IMG/VR virus record: IMGVR_UViG_3300023179_000012
DNA length: 64,000 bases
From: a virus
Strand: one strand, 5' to 3'
The translations under genes and the position numbers were made by a program. How positions within the stretch are numbered: position 1 is the stretch's first letter; each line of letters starts with the position of its first letter. The notes under the pieces are model-generated. The model saw only the letters and a list, made by a program, of their open reading frames with translations, was not told the DNA's origin and made no database searches. Positions 18,395-27,323 of the stretch are shown here, piece after piece.

Positions 18395-18769
18395 TCAAGA
18401 GAGATAACCCTCACAACCCAAAGAGGTCAGATCACGCAGCAACCCTTCAGCCGCGTCGGGAGTCTTAGCGGTGAGAGTGATGGGATTACCACCACCAATC
18501 AAGAAGCCGCCAGCGTCCCACCGACCCACCATACCATCGGTCCAATCCTTCGATTCCTTGAGTCCCCAGCCGGTGTGCTGTCGAACAGCCTTGATGCAAG
18601 AGATACGGTTGTCCAAATCCATACCCTTGGTGATCGTAACCATTCGACGCTGGTTCACACCCAAGACCATCTCAAAAGCCTGCGTGATACGCTCTCTAAT
18701 ATCCTCCCTAGCATAGAAAGAAAGTTCCATAGCCTCACGAACACTCAGTTGCAGATTGATCATATTCAA
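18395..18769 (-). CDS. ribosomal protein bL12 (L7/L12) C-terminal domain-containing protein
   Basis: RISCIKAVRQHTGWGLKESKDWTD matches KIxVIKxVRxxTGLGLKEAKDLVE; PITL..AEGLLRDLTSLG follows. Confidence 0.8.
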   Translation of the reverse strand: MNMINLQLSVREAMELSFYAREDIRERITQAFEMVLGVNQRRMVTITKGMDLDNRISCIKAVRQHTGWGLKESKDWTDGMVGRWDAGGFLIGGGNPITLTAKTPDAAEGLLRDLTSLGCEGYLS

Positions 18770-19191
18770 ACCCTTTCTTCCAAAATGTAAACTTGTTTGC
18801 CGTTAGTTAATAGAGTAGCATACTCGCTACCGTCCCAAATGAATTCGTTATTGTCGCTTTCTCGTCGCCAGTGCGGATCACGAAGTGGATTATAAAACAA
18901 CTTCTCAAGATTGTCAACAGGCAGAGCGGGATAAAAATCCTTCCTCAACATAACTTCTTCACATCTTACCCACCCACTAACATCATGCACACCAGCCTCA
19001 AACACCTGTTTAGCCTTATTCGGCCTATTCCACAACTTACAACCCCGCATCTCTAACTGATATTTTTTGGGGTCAACGTAGTATACATCAACTGTTTCCC
19101 CACCCTGCTTAACCTTTATTTGCCAGTGCATATAATGCTGGCCATTACTCAGGTGAAATCGAACTTCGCCATGTAGTTTGTTCTGTTTCAT
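18766..19191 (-). CDS. conserved phage hypothetical protein
   Basis: VRFHL..YMHWQIK..DP..YQLEM..C.L.N pattern. Confidence 0.6.
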   Translation of the reverse strand: MKQNKLHGEVRFHLSNGQHYMHWQIKVKQGGETVDVYYVDPKKYQLEMRGCKLWNRPNKAKQVFEAGVHDVSGWVRCEEVMLRKDFYPALPVDNLEKLFYNPLRDPHWRRESDNNEFIWDGSEYATLLTNGKQVYILEERV

Positions 19192-19605
19192 GCTTATACT
19201 ATACCTTATCGACCAATCGTTGTCAAGACCTTTAAACTTTCGCTGACTACAGCCACTCTAGCCAAATCCGAAGGATTAGGAGAAACAAGGCTGGCTTCCG
19301 CCATACTCGACCAGCATTTCAGATAGCCTCTTTTGATATCATTGTGGCTATCCCCAAGCCTTGCTCCCTAAGTCTACCAGTATTATCGGCGTTTGTCAAA
19401 TGGATTCTTTAAAAAATCCTAAGTCGTTACTGGATAAGCACTTAGATCAAATTCGCGGCCGCGGCCTCGTCGTAAGTCCTTTAATACCAATCACTTAGGT
19501 GCCACCAACCACAAGTACCACACCAGTACCACCACACACCATACTTATCTAGCCTATATGCCATATCATTGTTTTCACCACACACACAAATATCACTAAG
19601 AGTTT

Positions 19606-19860
19606 TCATGTTGGATAATCCTCTGGATAATCTGTTGCTGGTCGCTCTGGTTTTGGTTGACCCTCGTATGGCATCCACCACGGAGCATCCATACGATCCA
19701 CAAGACCGGGACTTTCTTCACAAATAAGAATATGCGGACTCACAGGATCATCACGATGAATCTCATACCGTCCACGCCACACACCAATATCTGGCCCAAA
19801 GTAGTAAACCTTCTGGCCGTTGATAGGGCGACGATAACCAAAAAAACTAAGCCATTCCAT
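19606..19860 (-). CDS. hypothetical protein
   Basis: Packed minus-strand ORF. Confidence 0.55.
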   Translation of the reverse strand: MEWLSFFGYRRPINGQKVYYFGPDIGVWRGRYEIHRDDPVSPHILICEESPGLVDRMDAPWWMPYEGQPKPERPATDYPEDYPT

Positions 19861-19863
19861 TAT

Positions 19864-20106
19864 TTAGCCCTCCCTACGTTTTCCGGTAGCCCTTGTAATA
19901 ATCAAGCACTGAGTACCAGTATCATTATCCGTAAACTTCACACACTCATGAGGCCCATAATACCAAACATCATTCTTTGAGAAGTTGAACACAATCTCTT
20001 CGGTTTTCAGATCGGTATCATTATACCCACCCTCATACCCAAGAGTCAATACCCTCATATCAGCCGGATAGTTTTTCAACTGCTCAATCAGTTCATTAAC
20101 GGTCAT
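19864..20106 (-). CDS. hypothetical protein
   Basis: MTVNELIEQLKNYPADMRV start typical of small phage proteins. Confidence 0.65.
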   Translation of the reverse strand: MTVNELIEQLKNYPADMRVLTLGYEGGYNDTDLKTEEIVFNFSKNDVWYYGPHECVKFTDNDTGTQCLIITRATGKRREG

Positions 20107-20278
20107 TTTTACCTCCCATCGTCCCTATAAAGCATCCACCAAGAGGCTGGCATATAACCTTCGTTAGCGAGTCGTGTGCTTTGCTCTCTAGTTTCACCAC
20201 ATGCTCGCCAACACAAATAGCGAACTTCCCAACTATCGTTTTCAGGAAACTGCGGAAATGTCCAGTATGGATCACTCA

Positions 20279-20542
20279 TTATTCATCCTCCGATGGAAAC
20301 AGTTCATCCCAATGACTAGGGCTAATGCCAGACAGCAGAATCTCACGATCATCCGCACTAAGATGCGGAAAACAGTTTTGGATACTCTCTCCATTTATCC
20401 AACGATTAGCATCGCTCAGTTTGGTAGTTATACTGAACGGATGATTATCGAATAGACACTCTCCAGAGAAAGTTATATTTTCACCATCAGCACTAACGCT
20501 ACGAGTAACCCGGTCAGAAAAAGCAAATCGTGTTCCAAGCAT
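20279..20542 (-). CDS. conserved phage hypothetical protein
   Basis: IQNCFPHLSADDREILLSGISPSHW motif; downstream of promoter 20563. Confidence 0.65.
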   Translation of the reverse strand: MLGTRFAFSDRVTRSVSADGENITFSGECLFDNHPFSITTKLSDANRWINGESIQNCFPHLSADDREILLSGISPSHWDELFPSEDE

Positions 20543-21133
20543 ATGTTCTCTCCTTTGGTTGTATTCTACTATCTAGTATCGGCTCTGTCAATAGGGAAAC
20601 TTGAAGAGATTTTGCTTACCATAAAGCGTTTTTGCGTAAGCACTTGCGTCAAAGCCGCGGCCTCCACCTCTCCGTAAGTCCTTACGGGACAAGGCTTTAT
20701 AAAAACCAGCGAATCTTTTACGCCCCGATTCTATTACCCATATGGCAACCCTGTTACGGACCATAGGAAACCGCCCACGGAAACCTTCCTAAGATTGGTC
20801 ATGACTCAATCTATCTGGCTCTTGGGGACGGTTACTGGTTGTGTTGCTTCGCAACTTATATTGTGTGGTATTCTTGTGTGTACTAAAAAATACCCAAAAA
20901 ACCTATACTGGGAAACGGCTATCCAGTACTTGCCGACGATTTTTAACTTTTCATTGACAGAATCAGTAAAACTGTATGTTGGTCGTGGTGAGGACGCGAT
21001 CCCCCATAGATTGGTACTTCTATCCAACGTATAACCCCGTTGGCAACTCCCCCAGTCTTTCAGAGAAAGTTTATCGAAATAGGTTATCCCAATCTAGTCC
21101 TAGGCATGGACCCACGAAAGTTTGTATTGTCAA

Positions 21134-21232
21134 GGGCGAAGGATGGAATCGAACCACCTCTAAGCATTTGGTTGCCTACTCCACCAGTTTGGTGTCTCGG
21201 ACTTCTCGTGCTACCATTACACTACATTCGCC
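21134..21232 (-). ncRNA. tRNA-like RNA (D and T arms intact, expanded irregular anticodon region)
   Basis: TA-GTGT-AATGGTA-GCAC D arm; GGTGG-TTCGATT-CCATC T arm; GGCGAA/TTCGCC acceptor pairing. Confidence 0.55.
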
Positions 21233-21238
21233 ATATTT

Positions 21239-21364
21239 TAGGGACGGATGGATTCGTTGATGCTTTGGCGTCACAGGCAACTGCCTCAGCCCGCGCTCTC
21301 AACTTGACCATCTACTTCACTGCCGTTTTACCGGGAAGTTGCTCACGCAACCTAGCAGTCCCTA
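21239..21364 (-). ncRNA. putative structured ncRNA module
   Basis: Closing stem TAGGGAC/GTCCCTA; internal GTTGC-GTGA-GCAAC, GATGG/CCATC, GTTGA/TCAAC, AGGC/GCCT; just downstream of promoter 21396. Confidence 0.5.
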
Positions 21365-21544
21365 TTGTATTGTCAATGATCGGCTGAACTCTTGTATTCT
21401 ACAGTCTATTATCGACCTGTCAATAGGGTTTTCTTGAAAAAATATTTTTTAACGTAAGATATTGAGAAGCAAGCACTTACGACGATCCCGGCCCGGCGAG
21501 TTTGCCCTAAGTCCTCTTGTGCTAAGAACTTAGAGCGAACCCTT

Positions 21545-21727
21545 TTAGTAGTCGGCCTCAATAGGCTCATCACACCTATAGTTAGAATCTATCAAAACTT
21601 CTGGACGAAACTTGCTCAGTTTCTCGTCTCTGCAATCCACACAAACCCGTGCCAGCGGAATACCCCTAGCATCGCTCTCCCACCAACTATTCTTTTGAGA
21701 TCCACACGGACAATACTTTGTTATCAT
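21545..21727 (-). CDS. small zinc-binding hypothetical protein
   Basis: CPC...CVDC. Confidence 0.6.
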   Translation of the reverse strand: MITKYCPCGSQKNSWWESDARGIPLARVCVDCRDEKLSKFRPEVLIDSNYRCDEPIEADY

Positions 21728-22206
21728 GCTTGTACCTCGTCATCAGAAAAAAAGTTTTCCATGTCGAACTCATTCCATAAAGCAACAGGAATCATATCCT
21801 TACTCTTATACTCAATATAGTTGTCAACTCCATTATCATAGAGTCCACAAAAAGACATACCCGGCTCGAAATAGGATGCTTTTACATTGTATCCCAAATC
21901 TACCAGTTCGTTATACAGTCCAATAGGAGGACTCCAAGCAGAGTCAAAAGAACAACTAGCCTGATTACCAACAACAGTAGCCTTCAAGCCGTGCCATTCT
22001 TCTCGTTCCGTACCCTCGTCAGCCCCAATATCCCACTTTACTCCCCAGTTATTCACACAAAAATCCCACCAACCATCGCCAATATCTGCGGGCATAGGAA
22101 TAAACTCGTTACACACAGTTCCCTTGTTGTATGTTTTCACAAATCGGTCGAGCATAGAGGGATCGGAGTGTTCAACGGTCAACTTGTTCAAGCACCAGTT
22201 AGGCAT
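21724..22206 (-). CDS. DUF1281/YubB (Api92-like) ferredoxin-fold protein
   Basis: MPNWC.N; NWGVKWD; FDSAWSPP; YFEPGMSFCG. Confidence 0.75.
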   Translation of the reverse strand: MPNWCLNKLTVEHSDPSMLDRFVKTYNKGTVCNEFIPMPADIGDGWWDFCVNNWGVKWDIGADEGTEREEWHGLKATVVGNQASCSFDSAWSPPIGLYNELVDLGYNVKASYFEPGMSFCGLYDNGVDNYIEYKSKDMIPVALWNEFDMENFFSDDEVQA

Positions 22207-22213
22207 ATTATCC

Positions 22214-22447
22214 TCAGTTAGTAGTAGTGGTCAAAGCAGAATACTTACCATCACGCCTAGCAGCCTCAAGAGCATCACAGAAAAAATCACTAAAATCTTC
22301 CATAACGCTCAAAGCATCTTCTCTAGTACCATCCAGAATAGCATCAGTAAATACTATCACAAAATCAGCAACCCGCTCACGAACCATCACAATCTCTTTT
22401 TTGCTCAACATCTCTCTCCCCTTTTCAATCTTTATACCAAAACCCAA
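22214..22447 (-). CDS. hypothetical protein
   Basis: Minus-strand ORF after tRNA-Glu. Confidence 0.45.
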   Translation of the reverse strand: MGFGIKIEKGREMLSKKEIVMVRERVADFVIVFTDAILDGTREDALSVMEDFSDFFCDALEAARRDGKYSALTTTTN

Positions 22448-22458
22448 TCCGTTGTCAA

Positions 22459-22531
22459 TAGCCCCACGGAGGATCGAACTCCGATCTCCGGGATGAAAGC
22501 CCGGTATACTAAACCATTATACTATGGGGCC
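22459..22531 (-). tRNA. tRNA-Glu(UUC)
   Basis: Cloverleaf; loop CTTTCAT. Confidence 0.9.
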
Positions 22532-22828
22532 GAGACTCGCTCAATCCAAATATAGTCACCATATTTAGCCTGTGCTTTTTTCATAGCATCAAACTCGCTC
22601 AAAGCGACAATGTAGCCAGCAAACTTATTGTTTGCAAATACACGCCAAGTATAACCAGCATAGCAGTTAGCAGTAGTCATAGCGTTATTCTAATCTATTA
22701 TCGGCACTTGTCAAGAGAAGTCTTTAGTTTTTCTAAGTTGTTGCAGTATAAGGACTTACAACAAATCCGGCCCCGCAGCCATGCCCTAAGTCCTTGTTTA
22801 ACAAAGACTTAGAGCAACTGGCCGAGAA

Positions 22829-23239
22829 TCAGAACAGAAGACTAGCAAGGCCGGTTTTGAACGCGACCCCACCAAGGAGGGGACGACGCACATTGCGTGT
22901 ACGCTCCGCGTAGAAGTTGCGAATCTTACCGTCCGGAGTTTGAGCAGTCACAAGATGACGGCTACGCTCAAAGTTCGGATCATTTCTACGATACCTACTT
23001 TTACTATTCAGTCGAGCAAGATAATCGTCAGAAAATCGGTGAACACCAATAACCCTAGCCATAAAACGTTCAGGATCACCAGTAACAGGCTGCACATATT
23101 CAAAGTTATAAACACCACCAACCCTAGCATTTGTCAGACTATCACGAAGACCACTATACAGATGGAAAACGCTAAAAGCCACAATGCCAGAAACCGCACC
23201 AACAACCGCACACAAACCAATCAGAACTTCGTTAGTCAT
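22829..23239 (-). CDS. membrane-anchored protein, possible WYL-like domain
   Basis: N-terminal TM; YNFEY...DGKIRNFYAERTRNV resembles the WYL RxFxxDRI end. Confidence 0.45.
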   Translation of the reverse strand: MTNEVLIGLCAVVGAVSGIVAFSVFHLYSGLRDSLTNARVGGVYNFEYVQPVTGDPERFMARVIGVHRFSDDYLARLNSKSRYRRNDPNFERSRHLVTAQTPDGKIRNFYAERTRNVRRPLLGGVAFKTGLASLLF

Positions 23240-23331
23240 CAGACACCCTTTCGTTGTGAAAATCAAACACCTAGTACGCACATTCTACAGTATTATCGTC
23301 GTGTGTCAAGCCCAAACTTTAGAGATTTTGG

Positions 23332-23637
23332 TCACTCGCCATCATCATAATAGCCGTAACCATCATCACTATGAAAATCCTCACAACAGTCTACATCTTC
23401 GCCAAAATAACCGTAATCCTCATCGGTTCCCCATCCAGCGGAAGACAATGCACTCTCAGTATCGCCATCCATACTATCATCATACGAATCATCCCAACTG
23501 TTCTCCAACTCCTCGCCATCAATCTCGCCGTAAAAATCATTGTAATCGTCATAGTTCGACGCATCAACATCATCAGCGTAGTTCATATCATCCTCATAAG
23601 AGTTATCGGGATCGAACAGGGGGTCAGGATGGCTCAT
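23332..23637 (-). CDS. extremely acidic protein (PDPL family copy 1)
   Basis: 37 of 101 residues D/E, no K or R; start set below promoter 23664. Confidence 0.7.
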   Translation of the reverse strand: MSHPDPLFDPDNSYEDDMNYADDVDASNYDDYNDFYGEIDGEELENSWDDSYDDSMDGDTESALSSAGWGTDEDYGYFGEDVDCCEDFHSDDGYGYYDDGE

Positions 23638-23802
23638 CTTAGGTTTCTCCGTTGTGTGATCCGATTCTATATCTATTATCGACGTTGTCAAGTGTAGAAC
23701 TTTAAAAATATCTTTTTTGTTCTAAATCCTTATATAGCAAGTACTTACGATTCGCCCGGCGGCGCCACTCTAACGTAAGTCCTTATTTTCCAAAGAGTTA
23801 GA

Positions 23803-24093
23803 TTATTTGAGAATATATTCTATTTCTTGTCCATTCGCAATCATAGCAGCATATATCTCAATACGCTTATCTTTCTCCCGTTTCTCAATCTGATGGTCGG
23901 TTTCTGTTACATCACGAGAATCGCACTTTCGCTCAAGATCAGCCAGGGTAACACCATCGGTACGATGGTCACGAAAATCCTCCGGCAACCACGAGTTAGG
24001 CACCACCACAATATCCCGCACAACTCGCTCAAACTCAGCAATCAGTTCATAACCGTTCATTTTCTTCTCCTTGGTTGTGAGGCAGTCTATCAA
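23803..24093 (-). CDS. hypothetical protein
   Basis: Stop 1 nt from repeat; true start is probably MNGYEL. Confidence 0.6.
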   Translation of the reverse strand: MIDCLTTKEKKMNGYELIAEFERVVRDIVVVPNSWLPEDFRDHRTDGVTLADLERKCDSRDVTETDHQIEKREKDKRIEIYAAMIANGQEIEYILK

Positions 24094-24176
24094 AATCTTT
24101 TTGGCTTGTCAACAGCAAAATCCCACTTTTTCGCTGACTACAGCCACACTGACCAAATCCGTAGGATTGGCTGAGA

Positions 24177-24347
24177 CTAATCGAAATCTCTCATAGCCTG
24201 TCGCTTCTGGTCACTGCGAGTGCGAAGTCGCTTGGGTCGGTTGTCGTGCTGACCAGATCCAGACATATGGCTAGAATGACCCTTACCCATCTCCCACACT
24301 GGACGAATGTTCAGCCGAATCGCGTCGTATTTCTTTCGCTTGCTCAT
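24177..24347 (-). CDS. basic small protein, DNRPKRLRTR family copy 2 (not in ORF track, 56 aa)
   Basis: Hand translation MSKRKKYD..WEMGKGH..DNRPKRLRTR.. Confidence 0.7.
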   Translation of the reverse strand: MSKRKKYDAIRLNIRPVWEMGKGHSSHMSGSGQHDNRPKRLRTRSDQKRQAMRDFD

Positions 24348-24751
24348 ACTCGTATCCTACCATATATTATCGGCTAGTCAATAGAGAATCTTTATTTTTC
24401 TAAGTCTTTGATACACAAGTACTTACGAAAAAATCGCCGCGCCCGGCTCGACGTAAGTCCTTGCCGGGGTTAGAGTTACGAGTTAACCACCCATGCGGCA
24501 GCACACCCAACAACAAAACTTATTACAAATACGCAAATATCCAAAACTTTCATTCTTTTCCCCTTATAGGATAAACCAAATCACGAACACTATAACTAGC
24601 AAACACACCGATAATAAATCCCACACCGATTTGTACCCAGTTAATATCGGCCATCCCTAGCCCCTTTCTTAAATGTTTTTCCCGTACTCAATAATAGCAC
24701 ACATTACTCCTGCAAAAATAATCAGGAATAGCATACTAATAAAATAACCCA

Positions 24752-25060
24752 TCACGATACCACCATCCCATCAATAAAAGGGTATTCCTTACCATTAATC
24801 TTAACATACCAAGTAAAATCCCTCTGGTAAACCCGTACCGGGCTATACTGGTTAATCCTATCCTTAGTGGTAACAGTTTGCCAACCCCCACTATTAAGGG
24901 TATAGGTGCCATCATCCCGAATCTTTACAACGTATGTACTGTGCAACTTAATAGCCACAGTATTATCGCTCAGGATTTCCGCATAGGTATTATTACCAAT
25001 CTTTCGGCTATCCTTATTCCGCTTGCCACGAACCATCTTAATCGCTTCGGCGTGTGTCAT
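24752..25060 (-). CDS. conserved phage hypothetical protein
   Basis: KIGNNT...LH.T.V...TLNSGGWQTVTTKDRINQY pattern. Confidence 0.7.
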   Translation of the reverse strand: MTHAEAIKMVRGKRNKDSRKIGNNTYAEILSDNTVAIKLHSTYVVKIRDDGTYTLNSGGWQTVTTKDRINQYSPVRVYQRDFTWYVKINGKEYPFIDGMVVS

Positions 25061-25241
25061 TTTCTTTTCTCCTTACTTCTATTATCGGTATTTTACAGGC
25101 TAAACTTGAGAAAGTCAAGAAAATAATCCTGTGCCAAATGCGAATATTTTTTAGAATGTCCTAAGTCCTTATGGGGCAAGTACTTACGCAAAAATCGCCA
25201 CGGCCCCCGCGTCATAAGTCTTTACGCGGAAAGGCTTTATG

Positions 25242-25523
25242 TCAACTGTTCAACTGTTCAGCCATAACTTTACCCGGCTTGAATCGCACCACACGCCGCT
25301 GTCCGATCATCACGGCTTCGCCCGTGCGAGGATTGCGGGCCTTGCGAGGTGCGGTCACCTTTACGGTGAACACCCCGAAGTTTCGCAGTTCGATGCGTCC
25401 AGTTTCGACCAGCGTTGCTATCATATTGTCCAGAGTAGCCTGCACGATCTCGCGTGCCTGCTGACCCGTAACGCCAACCCGCTCCGCAACCTGTTCGACC
25501 ATACCACGCTTCGTTCCGATCAT
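25242..25523 (-). CDS. HU/IHF-family DNA-binding protein
   Basis: GRIELRNFGVF..K..APRKARNPRTGE..FKPGK. Confidence 0.92.
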   Translation of the reverse strand: MIGTKRGMVEQVAERVGVTGQQAREIVQATLDNMIATLVETGRIELRNFGVFTVKVTAPRKARNPRTGEAVMIGQRRVVRFKPGKVMAEQLNS

Positions 25524-25573
25524 TTCACTTTCTCCGTTGTGATGTTTCTATTCTACAGCCACTATTCTAAAAA

Positions 25574-25750
25574 TCAAGAGCAAAAATCTGCTGGCTCGGG
25601 ATACATTTCTTCCCACAACCCAGTCACTTCGGCATAATCAAACGGGTCGCAATCAACCTCGTCGATAGGTTCGACCATAGGCTCGATCATACCATCGTCA
25701 GCGAGTTGAGAGAGGATAGCGTTGATGGTATCGGTGTCATCGAGGATCAT
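25574..25750 (-). CDS. acidic small protein (not in ORF track, 58 aa)
   Basis: Hand translation MILDDTDT..; 17 D/E, no K or R; below promoter 25779. Confidence 0.65.
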   Translation of the reverse strand: MILDDTDTINAILSQLADDGMIEPMVEPIDEVDCDPFDYAEVTGLWEEMYPEPADFCS

Positions 25751-26042
25751 ATCGTTTCTCCGTTGGGGTGATGCGATGATTCTACAGTTATTATCGACAA
25801 ATGCAAGCCCACACCTTGAGAATAATCCTATGCCAAACTAAAAATATTTTCTGACACGGTATTTTCTTGGATCATTTTCTCTAAGTGCTTGTGCAGAAAG
25901 GACTTAGGAAAAATCCGGCCCGGCGTCCTCGCCGTAAGTCTTTACGGATCAAGGACTTGCGTCATTATTTAGATAACACGCAATAACATAGGCCAACATA
26001 ACTAATAATAAATGTAAGTGCAGCAAGCATTATAATATTCCT

Positions 26043-26231
26043 TTATTTGGCGTGAATAAATACGTTTTTACTAGCGGTCTGATTTGTTACAGTCACAATC
26101 CAGTTTTTTCCGCTACCATCTTCCCGAAGAATACCGTTGATGATACCAACGTGTACATTACCCTTGGGATCAGTAACAGTGCCATACTTTCCAGACCGCA
26201 TAGCACTCATAATCTTATCAAGACTATTCAT
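26043..26231 (-). CDS. hypothetical protein
   Basis: Minus-strand ORF in unit. Confidence 0.55.
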   Translation of the reverse strand: MNSLDKIMSAMRSGKYGTVTDPKGNVHVGIINGILREDGSGKNWIVTVTNQTASKNVFIHAK

Positions 26232-26245
26232 TATACTATAACCTT

Positions 26246-26446
26246 TCAGTTAGCGTTAGCAGGCTCAAAAATATCCAGAACATTACACTTGTCAACATAG
26301 ATTGAACGATATCCATGCTCACACTTGACGGTGAGAAGAATACGCTCTCCAAACTGACGCACCCTAGTCACAACGCCGTCAACAACCTCTCCGTTGTTAT
26401 ACTCGGCATGAACAGCATAACCAGCCATGGGAACCTTACTCGTCAT
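26246..26446 (-). CDS. hypothetical protein
   Basis: First ORF below promoter-like region 26470. Confidence 0.55.
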   Translation of the reverse strand: MTSKVPMAGYAVHAEYNNGEVVDGVVTRVRQFGERILLTVKCEHGYRSIYVDKCNVLDIFEPANAN

Positions 26447-26680
26447 TCTACCCTTTCTTTCTCTCTTCTATTATCGACATTATACAGGCGATTCTTTAGG
26501 TTGCAAGCAAAATCTTTGGATTTTTGTGTCAAGATTTTTTGACAAAACTTTTCTGTTTTTCGGTATGGTTTGGCATACCGTTTGCTGATGCGATTTTCCC
26601 TAAGTCGTTACGCTGTAAGTACTTACGTCAAATTCGCTGCGCCCATATCGTCGTAAGTCCTTACGCCGTATGGGTTTGCG

Positions 26681-26866
26681 TCAACTCTGTCCCGGATAGA
26701 TTCTTCCGCTCTTGAGTCGCTGTACAAGCGTATCGTAATCGTCAGTCGTGAACAGCGTATAATAAGCATCCCGCTCCTGCACGATCCACTTGCGAGTGTA
26801 TCCGTTCCACACACTAGCCACGACCACACCGAGAGAGTTAGCCAGAGATACGATTTCAGCATTCAT
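26681..26866 (-). CDS. hypothetical protein
   Basis: Stop 1 nt from repeat; start MNAEIV. Confidence 0.55.
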   Translation of the reverse strand: MNAEIVSLANSLGVVVASVWNGYTRKWIVQERDAYYTLFTTDDYDTLVQRLKSGRIYPGQS

Positions 26867-26868
26867 TT

Positions 26869-27084
26869 TCAAGATACTCCCATCCAAGATGCTTTTTCCA
26901 CACAGTAATCATAGAATATATCGTTCAAAACTTCAAGATGGTTTTTTTCGGTCAAACGACGACGAGCAAGGATAGCATCGCACTCTGCGAAAAACTTACC
27001 CGTGGACACTTCATATACAATCGTACACGCATACGATTCGCTTCCCCAAATCCTAGCCTTAACATCAACGAACTTCTTCAACAT
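26869..27084 (-). CDS. hypothetical protein
   Basis: Minus-strand ORF in unit. Confidence 0.55.
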   Translation of the reverse strand: MLKKFVDVKARIWGSESYACTIVYEVSTGKFFAECDAILARRRLTEKNHLEVLNDIFYDYCVEKASWMGVS

Positions 27085-27323
27085 CTGTTTTCTCCTCTTC
27101 TCTCTTCTATTATCGACATTCTATCAGACTTTCTTCAACATTTCAAGAGGGCAAAAAAGATTTTTGTAGCAGCAAATATCGTGCCAATCATAAGTCGTTG
27201 TCTGATAAGCACTTAGGCACAAGTCGTGCCGCCGAGTTCGACGCAAGTCCTTACGCCACAAGGATTTACGTCGAATTGTTGTACAGTAGTGTACAGGCTT
27301 ATATCCCCATAATAGGGGGCTTA

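Larger units (their letters stand above)
9769..24177. repeat. Dispersed ~48-bp repeat TTCGCTGACTA-N~14-AAATCC-GNA-GGATT (motif A)
   Basis: Full copies at 10094, 12116, 14546, 19239, 24130; variant at 9769; left half only at 10026. Confidence 0.9.

Noticed and set aside
20795-21387. ORFs 20795-21034, 20806-21027, 20976-21260, 21040-21387
   Set aside because: Mutually overlapping, no motifs, and coincide with base-paired RNA modules
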